Source: Azolla caroliniana
Lineage: Eukaryota > Plantae > Polypodiophyta
Assembly: GCA_043228905.1 (NCBI GenBank)
Contig: JBHGNT010000004.1
Coordinates: 1,674,001 to 1,738,000 of the forward strand
DNA: 64,000 nt
Reading direction: 5' to 3'
Both the position numbers and the translations under genes were made by a program. Of the stretch, positions 22,746 to 54,777 are shown in pieces; the first letter of the stretch is position 1; every line of letters starts with the position of its first letter. Under the pieces are notes generated by a model that was given only the letters and a program-made list of their open reading frames with translations, was not told the origin of the DNA and did no database searches.

Positions 22746-23953
22746 AACGTACGGAAGAACAGAGAACACTTGTTGATAGGTTACACCTTATAATAGGCAT
22801 TTAACTATAAACTATTATAATTGACACCTCCAATTATATGTTTTACGAAACACATCACACACCAGTAATTGGTCCATTTCCTACGCATCTTACATCTCTA
22901 TTTACTACACCAATAATCAAAGTGGTAAGCGCACTCTGCCAAAAACTCAGCAAATATGTAATGTGGTATGGTTAATTCATTGGACTTTGATAATTATTCC
23001 TTATCATCATATATCGTGTTCAAGGTTTGGGGTCAAAAAGCTAATTATGAGTGGGACACGCCAAAAGACATAAAATTGTAGTTGGAACAAGGACTGTATT
23101 CCTACTCTTATGTGTGTGTGCATCATTATCACATATAAAGTACATTACAGTCGACATCATTTAAATTAAAGGTTTGAATACTTTTATGTATTTCAAAGCA
23201 TCATCTGTATGTCTGCATAGTAACCATCGGCAAACATTGGCACATGAAAAATTCAAGAGCAAAAAACATTGACAAAAACCAAACATTTGACATTTTATGT
23301 TCTAAGGATCAGAATCCGTGTTCTTCTGTTTCTGAATAACTGTATGAGAAGAGTGAGTATATCCGACAAAGTTCTCACATTGGGTTCAGTCTCCATCTCA
23401 TTTTTCATGTCCTTCCATTTTTTCACATCGTCATCGTACATCACGTTGTGATTTTTCCTCACAAGCTAATACTGTATTGGTGGACTTGATTCTTCCTTAT
23501 CATCATCATCATCAATATTGTGTTCAAGGTTGCAATTATCTCAATTATTCACAGTGTTTTCAAATGTATGTAATATGTTGATTACATTGGTTTTAAACCT
23601 AATTATGAATGGAACATGGCGAAAACATAAATTTGTCACATGGAGCAAGGAGTGTATTGAATTAGTCCTACTTTATCCACTGACATAAATTATGGATGGG
23701 ACATGCCTGAAGACCCATTCACACGAAGACTAGACTGATGATGTCTTTCTACATATTTTCAAATCAATGGTGGGGATATGTCCTCAAACAATCAATCAAT
23801 GGTGGAGTTTTGTTTTTTGTATTTTTGAACGTTCCTAGGAAGTTTGATCACTGCTTTCCTCTTCTGCACAGCTACCTAATCATTCATTATTAGCTTCAAC
23901 CAATTTAATTAAACCAAATCTCTTAATAATCAAAACAAAACCCTGCTTCATTC

Positions 23954-31393
<7,440 letters not shown>

Positions 31394-32349
31394 TTTCAAT
31401 GAACCTGTATGCAGAAAAATGCATGCATGATGTATATACATATACTCCATACATTCATATTCAAACCACAAACAACTTGCAAGAGATCAAAATAAGACAT
31501 TCATATGGTTTTGGAGTGGAACCACGTTGATTTCAATGAACATGCATGCATTGTGTATGTACAGTATGCATGCATGCATGCATCATATATATACATTCAC
31601 ATTCATCTGTGTGAAAGTAGAGATTGGTATATACCATATCTATTCACATATTTATTCATGCTTATGCATGTAAGCTAATAAAAAATGAGTGTTGATCGTG
31701 TGTGCTCCGCACCACAACATAAGATCTTGAAACACATTTTGTCATTAAAATGTTGTGAGATCGAGTATATCATGGGGGGGGTGTGGAGACCAAGTATTAT
31801 ACATTCGAGAAAGGCCTACTTGATGCAATATTTTGGAGTTGATGGCTTAATTTAGTTCCCAGAGTTTGAATATATCACTTTGCACTTCCATGCTAGCATA
31901 TGAATCTCTAGGTTAATATACATATTTTTCGATGTTTTGGAGAGGTTCGACAAAATCATATAATGTCCAAATTGCTCTGCCTTGGCCCTTCAACTGAGAG
32001 ATGAATGGTAAATAAGATTGCATGCATTTTTTTAAGGATTGTTCCCACATTTATAAACTTGCAATGGCCTCTTTATATTCTTCCAACCACTTGAATCTAA
32101 TTTTGAACGACAATCATCATCCATATGGTTAGGGTCCAATTTGTGAAGGTTTTTATTTCATTCAATCATAAGACAACATGCCACATATATGCATATTGTT
32201 GAAAGACAAGCTCAACACATGCGCACATGTGTGTATAAACCGAAGTGTGTGAAAGCACACTTTATTGTAAACCGTGTAAACTATGTAGCTACATGAGGAA
32301 TGAGATTGATATCCAGTTAGCTGCTTTGAGCTAGCACAATCCATGAATA

Positions 32350-32800
32350 CTATTGTTATTCCTCCATGGGGAGCTTGAAGAAGAAATGTACATGGTACAA
32401 CCACCTCGAACCAAGTCCAAAGTGCACCTGATTTCAATATCTTCACCAAATTTGTTTCGAAGTGTTGAAATCGGACAACTCACTGTATGTTTGGAGTCGA
32501 CAAGGCTTGCTCGTTATCATCTTGTATATCAATGCCCTAGTGATTAGAAGAGACATCCTCGAAAACATCAAGTTTGAGATGAAGTATCTTGATGAGCTCC
32601 ATTACTTCCTTGGAATTGAAGTCATCCGGACATCCAATAGGATCTTACTCACGCAATGCCATTACATATTGAGTTTACTATTTAAATTCCGCATAGCCGA
32701 CTGTAAGCCCATCTCCACCCCTCTTGATCACAACTTAAAGTTCTACAAAGACTCTGGCAGCATGTGCGAGCCTACATAGTATAGGCAAAGAATCAGAAGT
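32350..32800 (+). mobile_element. Ty1/Copia RT relic (duplicated with the gene array)
   Basis: FLHGELEEEMYMVQPP; KFEMKYLDELHYFLGIEVIRT..ILLTQCHYILSLLFKFRIADCKPISTPLDHNLK. Shorter copies at 22175-22210 and 55654-55800. Confidence 0.85.
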
Positions 32801-33340
32801 CCAATGTTCTCCTCCAACCTCCTACATGCTCATCTACATGACTTTAGATACAAGTCCAACTGGTATTCGATGGGCCACATTTATTATGTTTTGAGAACAT
32901 ATACATCAAAATTCTTCTTGTTGCCATATAGCTGCAGACTTACTTTGCAATGACATGGATACAATCATATGTCCATCGAACAAAGACATGTTGAAACAAG
33001 CACAAATGTTTTTCAAGGAACTTCACATTAACCTCAAAAATTGAAAACAAAAGCTTGACCTAACAATTTACGTGAAACAATTTTCCATAATGTTTTTAAC
33101 CTTTTTATAAACTTCTAGTAACTTGAATATATGTATGCGTATGCATACATACAAGACCGGATATATGTACAAATGCATTAGTGTATTTATTCTTATATGC
33201 AGGTATCAAGGATTGTATGCTTATATGCATCACATGCAATTGTTTGCATGCTGATCCACATCTTAGTATATAAGCAATAATATAAATCTCAATTAAAATC
33301 TTAATATAAAGCCAGAAACCCCACATTTAAAGCCAGACAC

Positions 33341-33360
33341 TGAGAGAGAGAGAGAGAGAG
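33341..33360. repeat. (AG)10 microsatellite
   Basis: Directly visible. Confidence 0.9.
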
Positions 33361-34201
33361 GTGCACTTGCCAATACTTAAATAATGAATGTGGTCATTTT
33401 CAACAAAAATACATCTATTAATGCTTCTTTTTGCCTTTGACATAAACTTAGAACCAAAACCTGAATAGTATATATAAATTAATAGCTAGAACTTGTAAAT
33501 TTACATTTGTGCATCTTTATCCTATTTATCTCAAATTTGGATTCCTAGTAAGCACTTAAATCATTTCCATTTTTTTCTTTCAGAAAAAAGACGTGTCAAA
33601 TTAGCAGAAATTCCCTCAAAAATTAACAATATTCTTAAGGTCAGCCAAGTTTCCTTTAAACAAAAAACGCCTAATCCACTAACAGCGAGACTGATGATGC
33701 CAACAGCTATGAGTGAAATGAAGAATGATGAAATTATTAATATTTTCTTCAAACAATGAGATTACTTCAATAAAACCCTAAATGCATCATTATATTTGAA
33801 GAAAAAGACCAAAACTTTAACCAATGTTTACTTCAAGAAAGCCTGTTTTTCTCACGATGATGTGAAAAATGGAATGCATGAGTGACATTTAGGCTTTAGA
33901 AGAACGAACCAAGAGAAACACAGATGAGTGTTTGCAGAGGCACATTTACTGGAAGAACTAAAAGCAGAAAAAATTAGTAAAACTTAACCCCATAAAAGGA
34001 AGTTTGTGATATGAGAAATGAGGAAACGAAGTCATGCTTACCAAAAGTAAATTGATAGGGAAAACGGGGAATGAAAACAAATGAGTAAGCCTGCACCCAA
34101 GAAGTGACAAGAAGAGTAATTGAATAAATTCTGACAATAGAAACAGATAGAGGAATTGAAAAGAAAGTATATTGTGCAAACCCTAATCGGAAAACTTTGA
34201 G

Positions 34202-35060
34202 AATTAACCACCGCCAGTGATGCGTATGGCTATGGAGTAGTATTGCTTGAGTTGCCCACCGCCATCGATCAGAAGCATATTGAGGATTATAATCTTGTCG
34301 GTTGGGTAATTAGCTTGTCTTTTGAACTTTCCTTTCTTTCTTTTTGAAGTGATTTAAGGATGTTTCCAAAAATTGCTGAGTAATTTGTTTGCTAAAAGAA
34401 ATGAATAGAATACATAACAATGCATAAGATTCCATGATATTATATATTGTAGATGTTGATACTATGAGCATATGCTTAAAATACATTACCATGGGTGAAT
34501 TAAAGCTAGAGTAAGGTCTTACTTATGCTATTTAGGAAGCGTTCAAACAAATATATGCACTTACATTGTTTTTATTCTAAATGAGTTCTCTAGTCACTCA
34601 AATTAGGTATAGAATATATGTAATGGCATTTGAACTAGTCGACGCCATAATGTATTATAACATAAAAAATCAAATGAAGATGAATTCCATGTAAAGAAAA
34701 ATTCGAGATATATGCATTGTTGGGTTCTGTTATAGTGGTACTTGATTTTAGAGCTCATTTCTTAAATAAATAAAACCTTATAAAGCTCACGCAATGACTT
34801 TCTTCACATAAAATGACCAATTAAGGCATAAGAAGACCGTTTAATTATTTAGCCAAGGCTTAGGACCAAAGACAAAAACAATAAATGTATAGGTGGCAAC
34901 CATTAGTGATAAACCAAAATGTAAAGAACATAATAATATACAGTTACACTTCTATGATAAGAACGGTGGTTGCATATAAACCCCTCCAATCTTGATCAAG
35001 TGAATGGAAAGCTCAAATGGATCGGGAATGTGAGGGCTTGGATCAAAGTATCCTGTTGAT
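34202..35060 (+). pseudogene. RLK kinase fragment (3' part of exon 18, intron 18, truncated exon 19)
   Basis: [17 protein letters not shown] with a deletion, ...YNLVGW|gtaatt, an intron homologous to 119-732, then VNGKLKWIGNVR broken by a deletion. Confidence 0.85.
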
Positions 35061-35469
35061 TTCCTTTAGGTAGGGTACTACATACATCAAACTTATAGTA
35101 TGACATATGCGTAGGAGGTGCCTAGGACTTCTTATTATAGTTGCATGTTGACTCTTGCCGAACATGGCCTTCCCACAACATGAGTGTAAGGACCTTGGTG
35201 ACCATGTACCCACTATTTAGAGATGGTAAAAAAGAGTAATCAAGAAAGAAAGCAAGACCAAGGGATCACTAAGAGAGTCGTATAAAGTGCAAGATTATAT
35301 GATGTCTAACCCTTGATTAGACGAGAAAAGAATCCCACGTTTGTTAAGGGTTGGTCCCAATCATTTATCGAAATTTGGTTTTACGTTTTAACATGTGTAT
35401 CAAATCATTATAAAATGCACCAAATTCTTGACTATTTGCAAGCACCTAAATCTCCAACTTCTTTTCTAG

Positions 35470-38612
<3,143 letters not shown>

Positions 38613-39800
38613 TTTCAATGGACATGCTTGTAGAAATAAATATGTACATACATGTATCATGTATATATACCATACATTCACATTCATATAGATGTATATG
38701 TTAGTGTATACCATATATGTATGCAAAATAATGATCGATGATTGTGCGAGTTTCAATCTTATGTGCAACACACCATGACATAAAACTTTGGTTAACTTTT
38801 ATGTTTTTGTCATAAAATGTCATTTTATGTTCTCAAGCCAAATGTGGACACGGAGTAGCTTTAATAGTTACTCCCCTAGACGTTAGAAAACATGGATTAT
38901 CGAGTCCCTATAACTCCATGCCATATATGTGTTATTTGCTTTCAATATTATATTGTTATAACTTACGATACTTATTATACATTCAAGTACATTCTACTTG
39001 ATGCAATATTATGAGTTCATGGCTAAATTTACTTCTCAAACTTTGATAACATTGAGGACTTCCATGCTACCATATGAATCTCTAAATTGATTTACATTTT
39101 TTTTCCGTCTTCTATGAAAAAATCATATGATCTCCAAAATTGCTCCACCTTGGTGATGAATGGTAAATAAGATTTGCATGCATTGTTTTAATGATTGTTT
39201 CCACTTTTGTAATCTCACTTTCAATGGCCATTTTGTATTTTTCCAATCACTTTATTGCTACTTTCCCTTATGCATAACCCACCCTCATCATCCAAATGGT
39301 TAGGATATATATATCATATGAAAATAAATGATTTGTGAGATGATCGATTTTGTTGATGAAAACATACATATATTATATTGTGAATTAATCATTGTTCTAA
39401 GGTGCAAACACTTTATAAACAGGCATGTCTAGATTTTGGCTCCATACTCATTATTGTAGTCCTTAAAATTTTGTAAAACGGATTTCATCATCAACCTACC
39501 ATCATTACATGAATTGTATCTTGCATCATATCTCCTAAATGGTGAGATTTATGGGGGCCATTTATGGGTATGAGATTTAATTAGCATTATTTTATCATAT
39601 ATCCACCAAATGAACATGCATTCAGTGTGATTTTTTATGATATTATCCAACATAAATATTGTAATTCTTAAATTGGGGAGGATATTATGAGTATAGATAG
39701 CATTTATTTACTTGAGCAATATACTCAGTTAGTGTAGTTCTCAAATTGGTCAAATACAAATAACATTATTTGATGGAGTCAATATACTTGAGATAGACCC

Positions 39801-39854
39801 TGTAAATAATCGAGTGTGATTTTGTGTAGTGGAAGAAGTGTGTGTGTGTGTGTG

Positions 39855-39897
<43 letters not shown>

Positions 39898-42878
39898 ATA
39901 GGTATACAGAAAACTAAAAACCTACATATTAACAAGAAATGACCAATAACTAATGTGATTTCCTAGAGGCAGTGATGGCAGCCCTAGGTTTTGAACAACA
40001 ATGGATCCGTGGAATGGGTGCCTTCTACAGAGGTGCATCCAGCCAAGTGTTAATGGCTGGAAGTATGGGGAAGAGCTTTAAGATGCTACATTCGGTACGC
40101 CAAGGATGCCCATTAGCCCCGTATTTATACATAATTGCAGCAGAAGCTTTGCATTATCAAATTGCTGATAGATCTTGGCAAGTACAAGGCCTTACCTTAC
40201 CCGATGCTAAAGTTATGGTGCTTGATACGACATATGCTGATGACACAATGACCTATGTCAAAGGTGATGCACACAACTTGGGCAGATTGCAAAATGCAAT
40301 TGATGAGTTTTGTAGGGGATCCGATGCTAAAATAAATTGGAATAAATCTGTGGGCATTTGGATCAGTAATAAACCCATGTTAAACTGGGTCCCCGACCCC
40401 AATTTTAGATGGTTGAGGAAAGGAGAAGCTACTAGATACTTGGGCTTCAAAATTGGTAGGGACATTGATCGGGCAGAACACTACAATCTACTAGTGGATA
40501 AAATAAAAATGAAGCTAATATGGTGGAATGCAAGAAAACTATCCTTTGCGGGAAAGATTGTGATTGCAAATCAGATTCTAATGGCCACTATATGGCACAC
40601 TGCTGCATGCTGGATAATCGTGCCCAAGTCGATGAAATTGATAAAAAAGATCATTAGAAATTTCTTATGGGGGGGCACAGAGGAAAAACAAGCCGTTGCA
40701 AAGATTGCTTGGACCACACTTATAAAAAGGAAAAGTGAAGGGGGGGTGGGATTGATAGATCCCGTGATGCAAACGAAGGCCTTGCTAGGCAAACTAGTGG
40801 TCCGGAGCCTACAACCTCATGAGGCACCTTGGAAAGTTCTATGGCGGCGTAGATGGAAGATGTGGCTGCCAAGACAAGGTGGATGTTGGCCTAGCAGCCC
40901 ATTTTGGGGCTTTGTGCCATAAATGAGGCCCAAATATTGGGGAAGTATGCAGAGTCTTTGTGCTATCGGAATTATGAAAGCATGGCAAGAAATCAGAAAG
41001 GGGATCATATGTAGGTGGAGAAATGATGCATATGCGCGGATATACATGCCAATTGTGTGGAATCCATTGATTAGAGATGTGGATGGGCTGATGATAGGCC
41101 AAAAAACAGGTTTCAAATGGGCTGAGTTAATCAATGCCCAAGGGAATGCATTAGTGGAGTGGGAGAGGTTTTTGTCCAATGAGGTGGGCACTCAAAAGGC
41201 TAGAATATGGAGAATAAGCAGGGGTAAGGGCATGCTCAAGAGAATTACAGATGCCATTGCATGCTACAAGAATACATTGGAAGAGGAAGAAGTAACAACC
41301 TCTGAAATTGCTTGGACAGGTCTTATAGATGCTGAAAACTGTTTAATTGGCATTAAGGGAATGAAAGTAGAATCGAACGAGGTATGCTACTACAAACTAG
41401 AGCACGGAAGGGCAAGAGGTGAGCAACCAGTCCTTCAAAGAGAAAAGCCGATTAGGCTGATCGTAAAAACTAGCAAGAATATGATTATTGACCCTAAGCC
41501 AAGGGAGATCACACCGGCGACAGTGTGTTGGCCTATAGAAGGGCATTTGGATCAGTTATCATGGGACCCAGCCAAGTATTTTTGGAGAACTCAAGGACAA
41601 ACTGATGGGGAAAAGCTGGTTCAATTTTTCAGGTATAACACGAAGATTGGGAGGCAAATTCTTCTAGAACAAAAACATGACAAGGTTGCGGCAAGGAAAT
41701 TTTGGATGCAAGAGGGCATAAGTGAAAGGAGACTAGATAAATTCTGGAAAATGATATGGCATGACAAATATGACCGCAAGATAATGATGTGTTACAGGCT
41801 TATTGCACATAGAGCCTTGCCGGTAGGGACGTGGGGTAAAGGCCCCAATGTAGACCCTCGATGTACTGCATGTGGACAGATAGAAAGCATCTCCCATTGT
41901 CTATGGGAATGTCGTGATGCAATGGCTGTATGGGGAAGGGCACTTCGTTTGCTTTGCCATGCCTCTAGTTCGTTCACCCTCAACTAGGGACATGCTTGTT
42001 GGATGTCTCTTGACGTTGATGTGGCGACATACGATAGCACATGCAATGTTAAGTACAGAGGGGAGAATGGCATTGTTCAGCTGATCCCTGACAACGGGGT
42101 ACCTACAACTTGTGTACAGAATCAAAAACTTGAAGATCTTTGGATGTTGCTTGCCCCCATTACTATATGGCATATATGGACAGCAAGGTGTACCAAGGTA
42201 TTTTCCGCACACAAACGCCCTCCAACTGAATCGATTAAGCTAATTTGGCACACACTCATAACTACACTAAGAGCTCAATATGAGCGGAATAATGGTACTA
42301 ATGATGTTGCAGACCTAATGAGGCTGAATTTTCGAAAAAGATGGTGTACGACACCGATGGCCGCAGCAAATGGAATGGATATACTATGGAAGTATGATGT
42401 ACCCAGATGGTTGTTTCCCCCTCCCATTAGTTGAACGAGGGGCGTGAAAGACATGGCAAGTGGGATAGTGAAGGTAGGTGATGTATCTGTAAGGATGGCT
42501 TGAGTCATATGTAAAAGTGTAAGATAAATAAGTGAGATCTCTCGTATGTAGGCTAGGATAATCTTGGCACGGCCTACCTGAGAAAGGGATCGTGTTCATG
42601 TATATTTTAACTAATGGAGTATATTCTTTTTTGGAAAAAAAAAAAAAAAAAATACAACAGGAGGAGAAGATGCTTATGTAGTCACCTTCTCTCTATATTC
42701 TCTTATTACAACCACCTATTGGGAAGAGAGGTGGATACTTAATTGCCTACTAACTATGTGTCATAGGAGTTAAGTTCTATGACACGTTAGTTATGATACA
42801 AAGTGATGGGGTGTTCACACACTTGGATGCTCCTATGGTGTGTTCCCTCTATAGAGAAGTTGAGTTTGACTCTCAACA
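39801..42878. mobile_element. Solo-LTR-like element (TGTAA...CAACA) interrupted by a LINE
   Basis: Absent from the paralogous flank (about 2065-2085, empty site agata-gatcc-att). TG...CA ends with a degenerate 5-bp TSD gaccc/gaacc; contains (TG)n(AG)n at 39839-39895. Confidence 0.65.
39954..42652 (+). mobile_element. 5'-truncated L1/Tx1-like LINE (3' half of ORF2, 3' UTR, A18 tail)
   Basis: One reading frame 39954-42434 with two premature stops (40920, 41985): DFLEAVMAALGF, VRQGCPLAPYLY, YADD, RYLG, GGVGL, CTACGQIESISHCLWEC; poly(A) at 42635-42652. Confidence 0.93.
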
Positions 42879-43479
42879 GAACCATTATGTCAAGAATTGT
42901 ACAAACGCATACAACTAGATTATAAACAAAGAATATTTATTTACCTACATTATTTCATTCTTGAATTGAGCTCTCATTAGGAATCATACAACTCACCAAC
43001 AACTATGTTTCTCTCATCTCTGAGGAACTTCACTACATTTGATTAGTTTAATTAACCACAATAATACGATTTGATTAGTAGAAATGATAACATGTGAATT
43101 GATATCGTTACATTTGTGATTACCTTTAAGTAGGCTACTACATACATCGAACTTATAGCATGTGTAGGTGCCTAAGACTTCTTATTATAGCAACATGTTG
43201 ACTCTTGCTGAACATGGCCTTCACGCAACATGAGTGTTAAGGACTTGGTTGACCACGTACTCACTATTTAGACATTGTAAAAAAGAGTAACCAAGAAACA
43301 AAGCAAGACCAAGAGATTGCTAACACTTGAGTCCTATAAGTGCAAGATTATGTGATGTCTGACCCTTGACTAGACGATAAAAGAATCCTGCAAGAAAGAG
43401 TCATGGTCGTGCAAATGGCTTGATGCATAAATATCTAATCAAAGTTGGGAGTCAGGACAATAATGGAGAAGGTAAATGT

Positions 43480-43725
43480 AGAGGATGAACGGGCGAGTTT
43501 CATTGATGCCAGACTATCTCAGCAAGTTCGGATGACATCGAAATAACATAAGGTTTGGGTGTGGAACCACATTAATTTCAATGAACATGCATGTAGAAAA
43601 AAAAAATGTATGCATGCATGTGTGTGTGTGTGTATAACTCCATAAATTATTCATATTAAAACCACAAACAATTTGAATGAGATCAAAATAAGTACATATG
43701 GTTTGGGAGTGGAACCACGTTGATC
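43480..43725 (+). pseudogene. Second, more eroded orphan terminal-exon relic
   Basis: cattgatgccag-actatctcagcaagtt followed by two copies of the ...gtggaaccac end; same context as 15370. Confidence 0.7.
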
Positions 43726-44209
43726 TCAATGGGCATGTATGCATTGTGTATATATGCAACATACATTCACATTCATATGTGTGCATATATAGATAGATTG
43801 GTATATACCATATATATACACATATTTATTTATGCTTATGCATATAAGGTTATAAATAATGAGTAGTGTTGATTGTGTGCACCACACCGCAACATAAGAT
43901 CTTGAAAGACATTTTTTCATTAAAAATGTCAGTTCAAAGTGTTCTTGAGGTGGATGTGGAGACCAAGTAGCTGCTTGGAAATGTGAATCATCAAAATCCA
44001 TTAAAGTTCATGCTTTTATACATTCGAGTAAGTCCTACATGAGGCAATATTTTGGATTTAATGGCTTAAATTACATACTTCTCACGGTTTGGACATATCA
44101 CTCTGGGACTCCATGCTAGCATATGAATCTCTAGGTTGATGTACATATTTTTCTATGTTGTGTTCGAGCTTTGACAAAATCATATGATGTCCAAAATTGC
44201 TCTACCTTG

Positions 44210-44918
44210 TGTTATGTGATGAATCTGAATTTGTCCACAAAACAATGCCAAGATCTGACGAGTAAGCTACAAGTAATAGTAATCAATATGAGAGGAAGTT
44301 GAGAGGAAGTAATAATAATAATAGAAACAAACCAAACACAAGAGTTTTACGTGGAAAACCCCAAATCGAGGAAAAAAACCACGGGACCCTTAGGGTACCA
44401 AAACTTCCACTATAACTCAATGTACAAGTGGGTACAACCTCCCTAGATATCACTAGAGAAATACCCAAGCATCAAGGCAGCAACCTTGGTAACGGTCTTT
44501 ATCCAACAAGAGGGATGGAACAACAAAACAAAACAGGAAACACAAGACAATAGAACCTGATTTGGAGGACAAGAAACCACAATCCAACGATTAGATGTAA
44601 GCTTCTTGATGGCACGAACAACCCGTAAGTCACTGCTCACTCAGAGTTCGTATGGTCGTCAATCAGGGCAGATCAAACTTCGACGCCACTACACCTACAA
44701 GATCTTCACACACAACTCTCCCTTTTGTTGTCTTCTATCTATCTTACTATCTATATGTGCCTTAACTTGGCTTCACTTATATATGGATACTTTCAACTTT
44801 CATCCTTATACATATTTCTTTCGGCCTTCCGGCCCTTTTTCGGCCTTTCGGGTCACACGAGTCAAACGCCCAAATATCATTTGGACTTCATTCTGCCATG
44901 AGGAGGGAAAACACAACA
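44210..44918. mobile_element. Solo LTR, 709 bp
   Basis: TGTTA...CAACA termini with a perfect 5-bp TSD ccttg (44205-44209 and 44919-44923); non-coding; absent from paralogous flanks. Confidence 0.9.
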
Positions 44919-46989
44919 CCTTGTATGCGTTTTATTGAGGGTTGGCCCCACATTTGTAATCTTGCAATGGCCATTTTATATTTTTCCTGACCGCTTGATT
45001 TCTAATTTACCTTTTACATGGCAAATTATCAGAAATTTCCTCAAAAGTTAACAGTATTCTAAGGCAACCAAGTCTCCTTTGGAACAAAAAAAGGAGGCCT
45101 AATCAAACTAACTAATAGGACTGATGATGCAAAACAGCTACTGAGTAAGTGCACACATTATGCTACCAAGTGAAATGAAGAATGATGAAGCTGTGTCAAT
45201 ATTTTCTTCAAACACAGAGATTACTTCAATAAAAGCCCCTAAATGTTTTATGATTTATGTTTGAAGAAAAATACAAAAAACTTTAACCAATGTTTACTTC
45301 AATCAAGAAAGCCTGTTTTTTTCACGATGATGTGAAATATGGAATGCATGATGAGAGTGTGCCATTTTAGGCTGTAGCAGAATGAACGAACCAAGCGAAA
45401 CGCAGATGAGTAAAAACAAAACAGAGCAATCATAATAAGCCTTAGACAGGGGATCCCCTTCCTTCCTAGAAACAGATATTGGATGGAAGATCAAAACCCT
45501 AACTGGAAAATAAGGTATATTGTGCAAACCCTACCCTAATTGGAAAATTTTGAGAACAAAACAAGCTGAGTCAACCTTAAAACATAGCAAATGATCTGCC
45601 CCCCGTCCGTCCAAAAGTGAACAATAACCCTATAGACTGGTATTACTGACTTTAAAAGAAAAGGATTAGACCAAACCCTAACTTTAACCCTAGAATCTAA
45701 ACCTTGGAATGCAAACCCAAAACCTAGAAACAGATGGAACTCTAGAATATAAAGCATACCCCTGGAATGCAAACCCTAACTCTGCAAACGTAGGGAAGAA
45801 CTAAGAATACTTGTTGATAGGTTACATACACCTTATAATAGGCATTTAACTATAAACTATAATTGACACCGCCAAAGATACATTATAAGAAACACACAAC
45901 ACACCAGAATTTGATCCATTTCCTACGCATCTTACACCAATAATCAAAATGGTAAGCGCACTCTGCCAAACACTCAAACCCAACCCACACTCTGGAAAAT
46001 ATATAATGTGGTATGGTTAATTCATTGGGCTTGATAATTATTCCTTACCATCATGTCATGTTCAAGGTTTGGGGTCTTAAAGCTAATTATGAGTGGGACA
46101 CACCAAAAGACATAAAATTGTAGAACTTGGAACAAGGACTGTATTCCTACTCTCATTGTCCCATATAAAATACATTAAAGTCCACACCATTTTGAACGTT
46201 TGAATACTTTATGTAATTCAAAGCTTCATGTGTGTGTGTCTGCATAGTCACCATCGGTAAACATTGACATACAAAATTCAACATTGACGAAAAAAACATT
46301 GACATTTTATGTTCAATGATCAGAATCCGTGTTCTCTTGTTTGTGAGTAACTGTATGAGAAGAGTGTATATATCCGACAAAGTTCTCACATTGGGTTCAG
46401 TCTCCTCCATTACAAAGACCCTCCATCTTATTTTTCATGTCCTTCCATTTTTTCTTCAAATGCAGTCTATTAAAGATATCAATCACATCGTACATCAATT
46501 TGTGACTTGTCCTCGCCAGTAAATACATTGGTGGACTTGGTTCTTCCTTATCATCCTCATCAATATTGTTTTCAAGGTTGCAATTATCTCAATTATTGTA
46601 ACATGTAGTGGTGGTACATTGTTTTCAAATGTATGTAATATGTTGATTATGGTCCTAAACCTAATTATGGATGGGACATGGCGAAGACATAAAATTGTCA
46701 CTTGCAGCAAGGATTGTATTGAATTAGTCCTACTTTATCCACTGACATAAATTATGGATGGGACATGCCTGAAGATCCATTCACACGAAGAGTAAACTGA
46801 TGATATCTTTGTACATATTTACAAATCAATGGTGGGGACTTGTCTTCAAACAATCAATGGTGGAGTTTTGAACGTTCCTACGAAGTTTGATCACTGCTTT
46901 CCTCTTCTGCACAGCTACCTAATTACCATCAGCTTCAATGAAGATAATTAAGCCAAATTTCTTATGAAACCAAATTCTCTGCTTCATTC

Positions 46990-54543
<7,554 letters not shown>

Positions 54544-54733
54544 TTTCAATGAACCTGTATGCAGAAATATGCATGCATGATGTGTATATACATATACTCC
54601 ATACATTCATATTCAAACCACAAACAACTTGCAAGAGATCAAAATAAGACATGCATATGGTTTGGGAGTGGAACCACGTTGATTTCAATGGACATGCATG
54701 CATTTTGTATGTACAGTATGCATGCATGCATGT

Positions 54734-54736
<3 letters not shown>

Positions 54737-54774
<38 letters not shown>
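54737..54774. repeat. (AT)n microsatellite in the 3' flank of copy 4
   Basis: Directly visible; (CA)n also at 54245-54282. Confidence 0.95.

Positions 54775-54777
<3 letters not shown>

Noticed and set aside
33561-33752. Hydrophobic 63-aa minus-strand ORF resembling a small membrane protein
   Set aside because: Frame is not conserved in the paralogous blocks at about 45030-45220 and 57310-57510.
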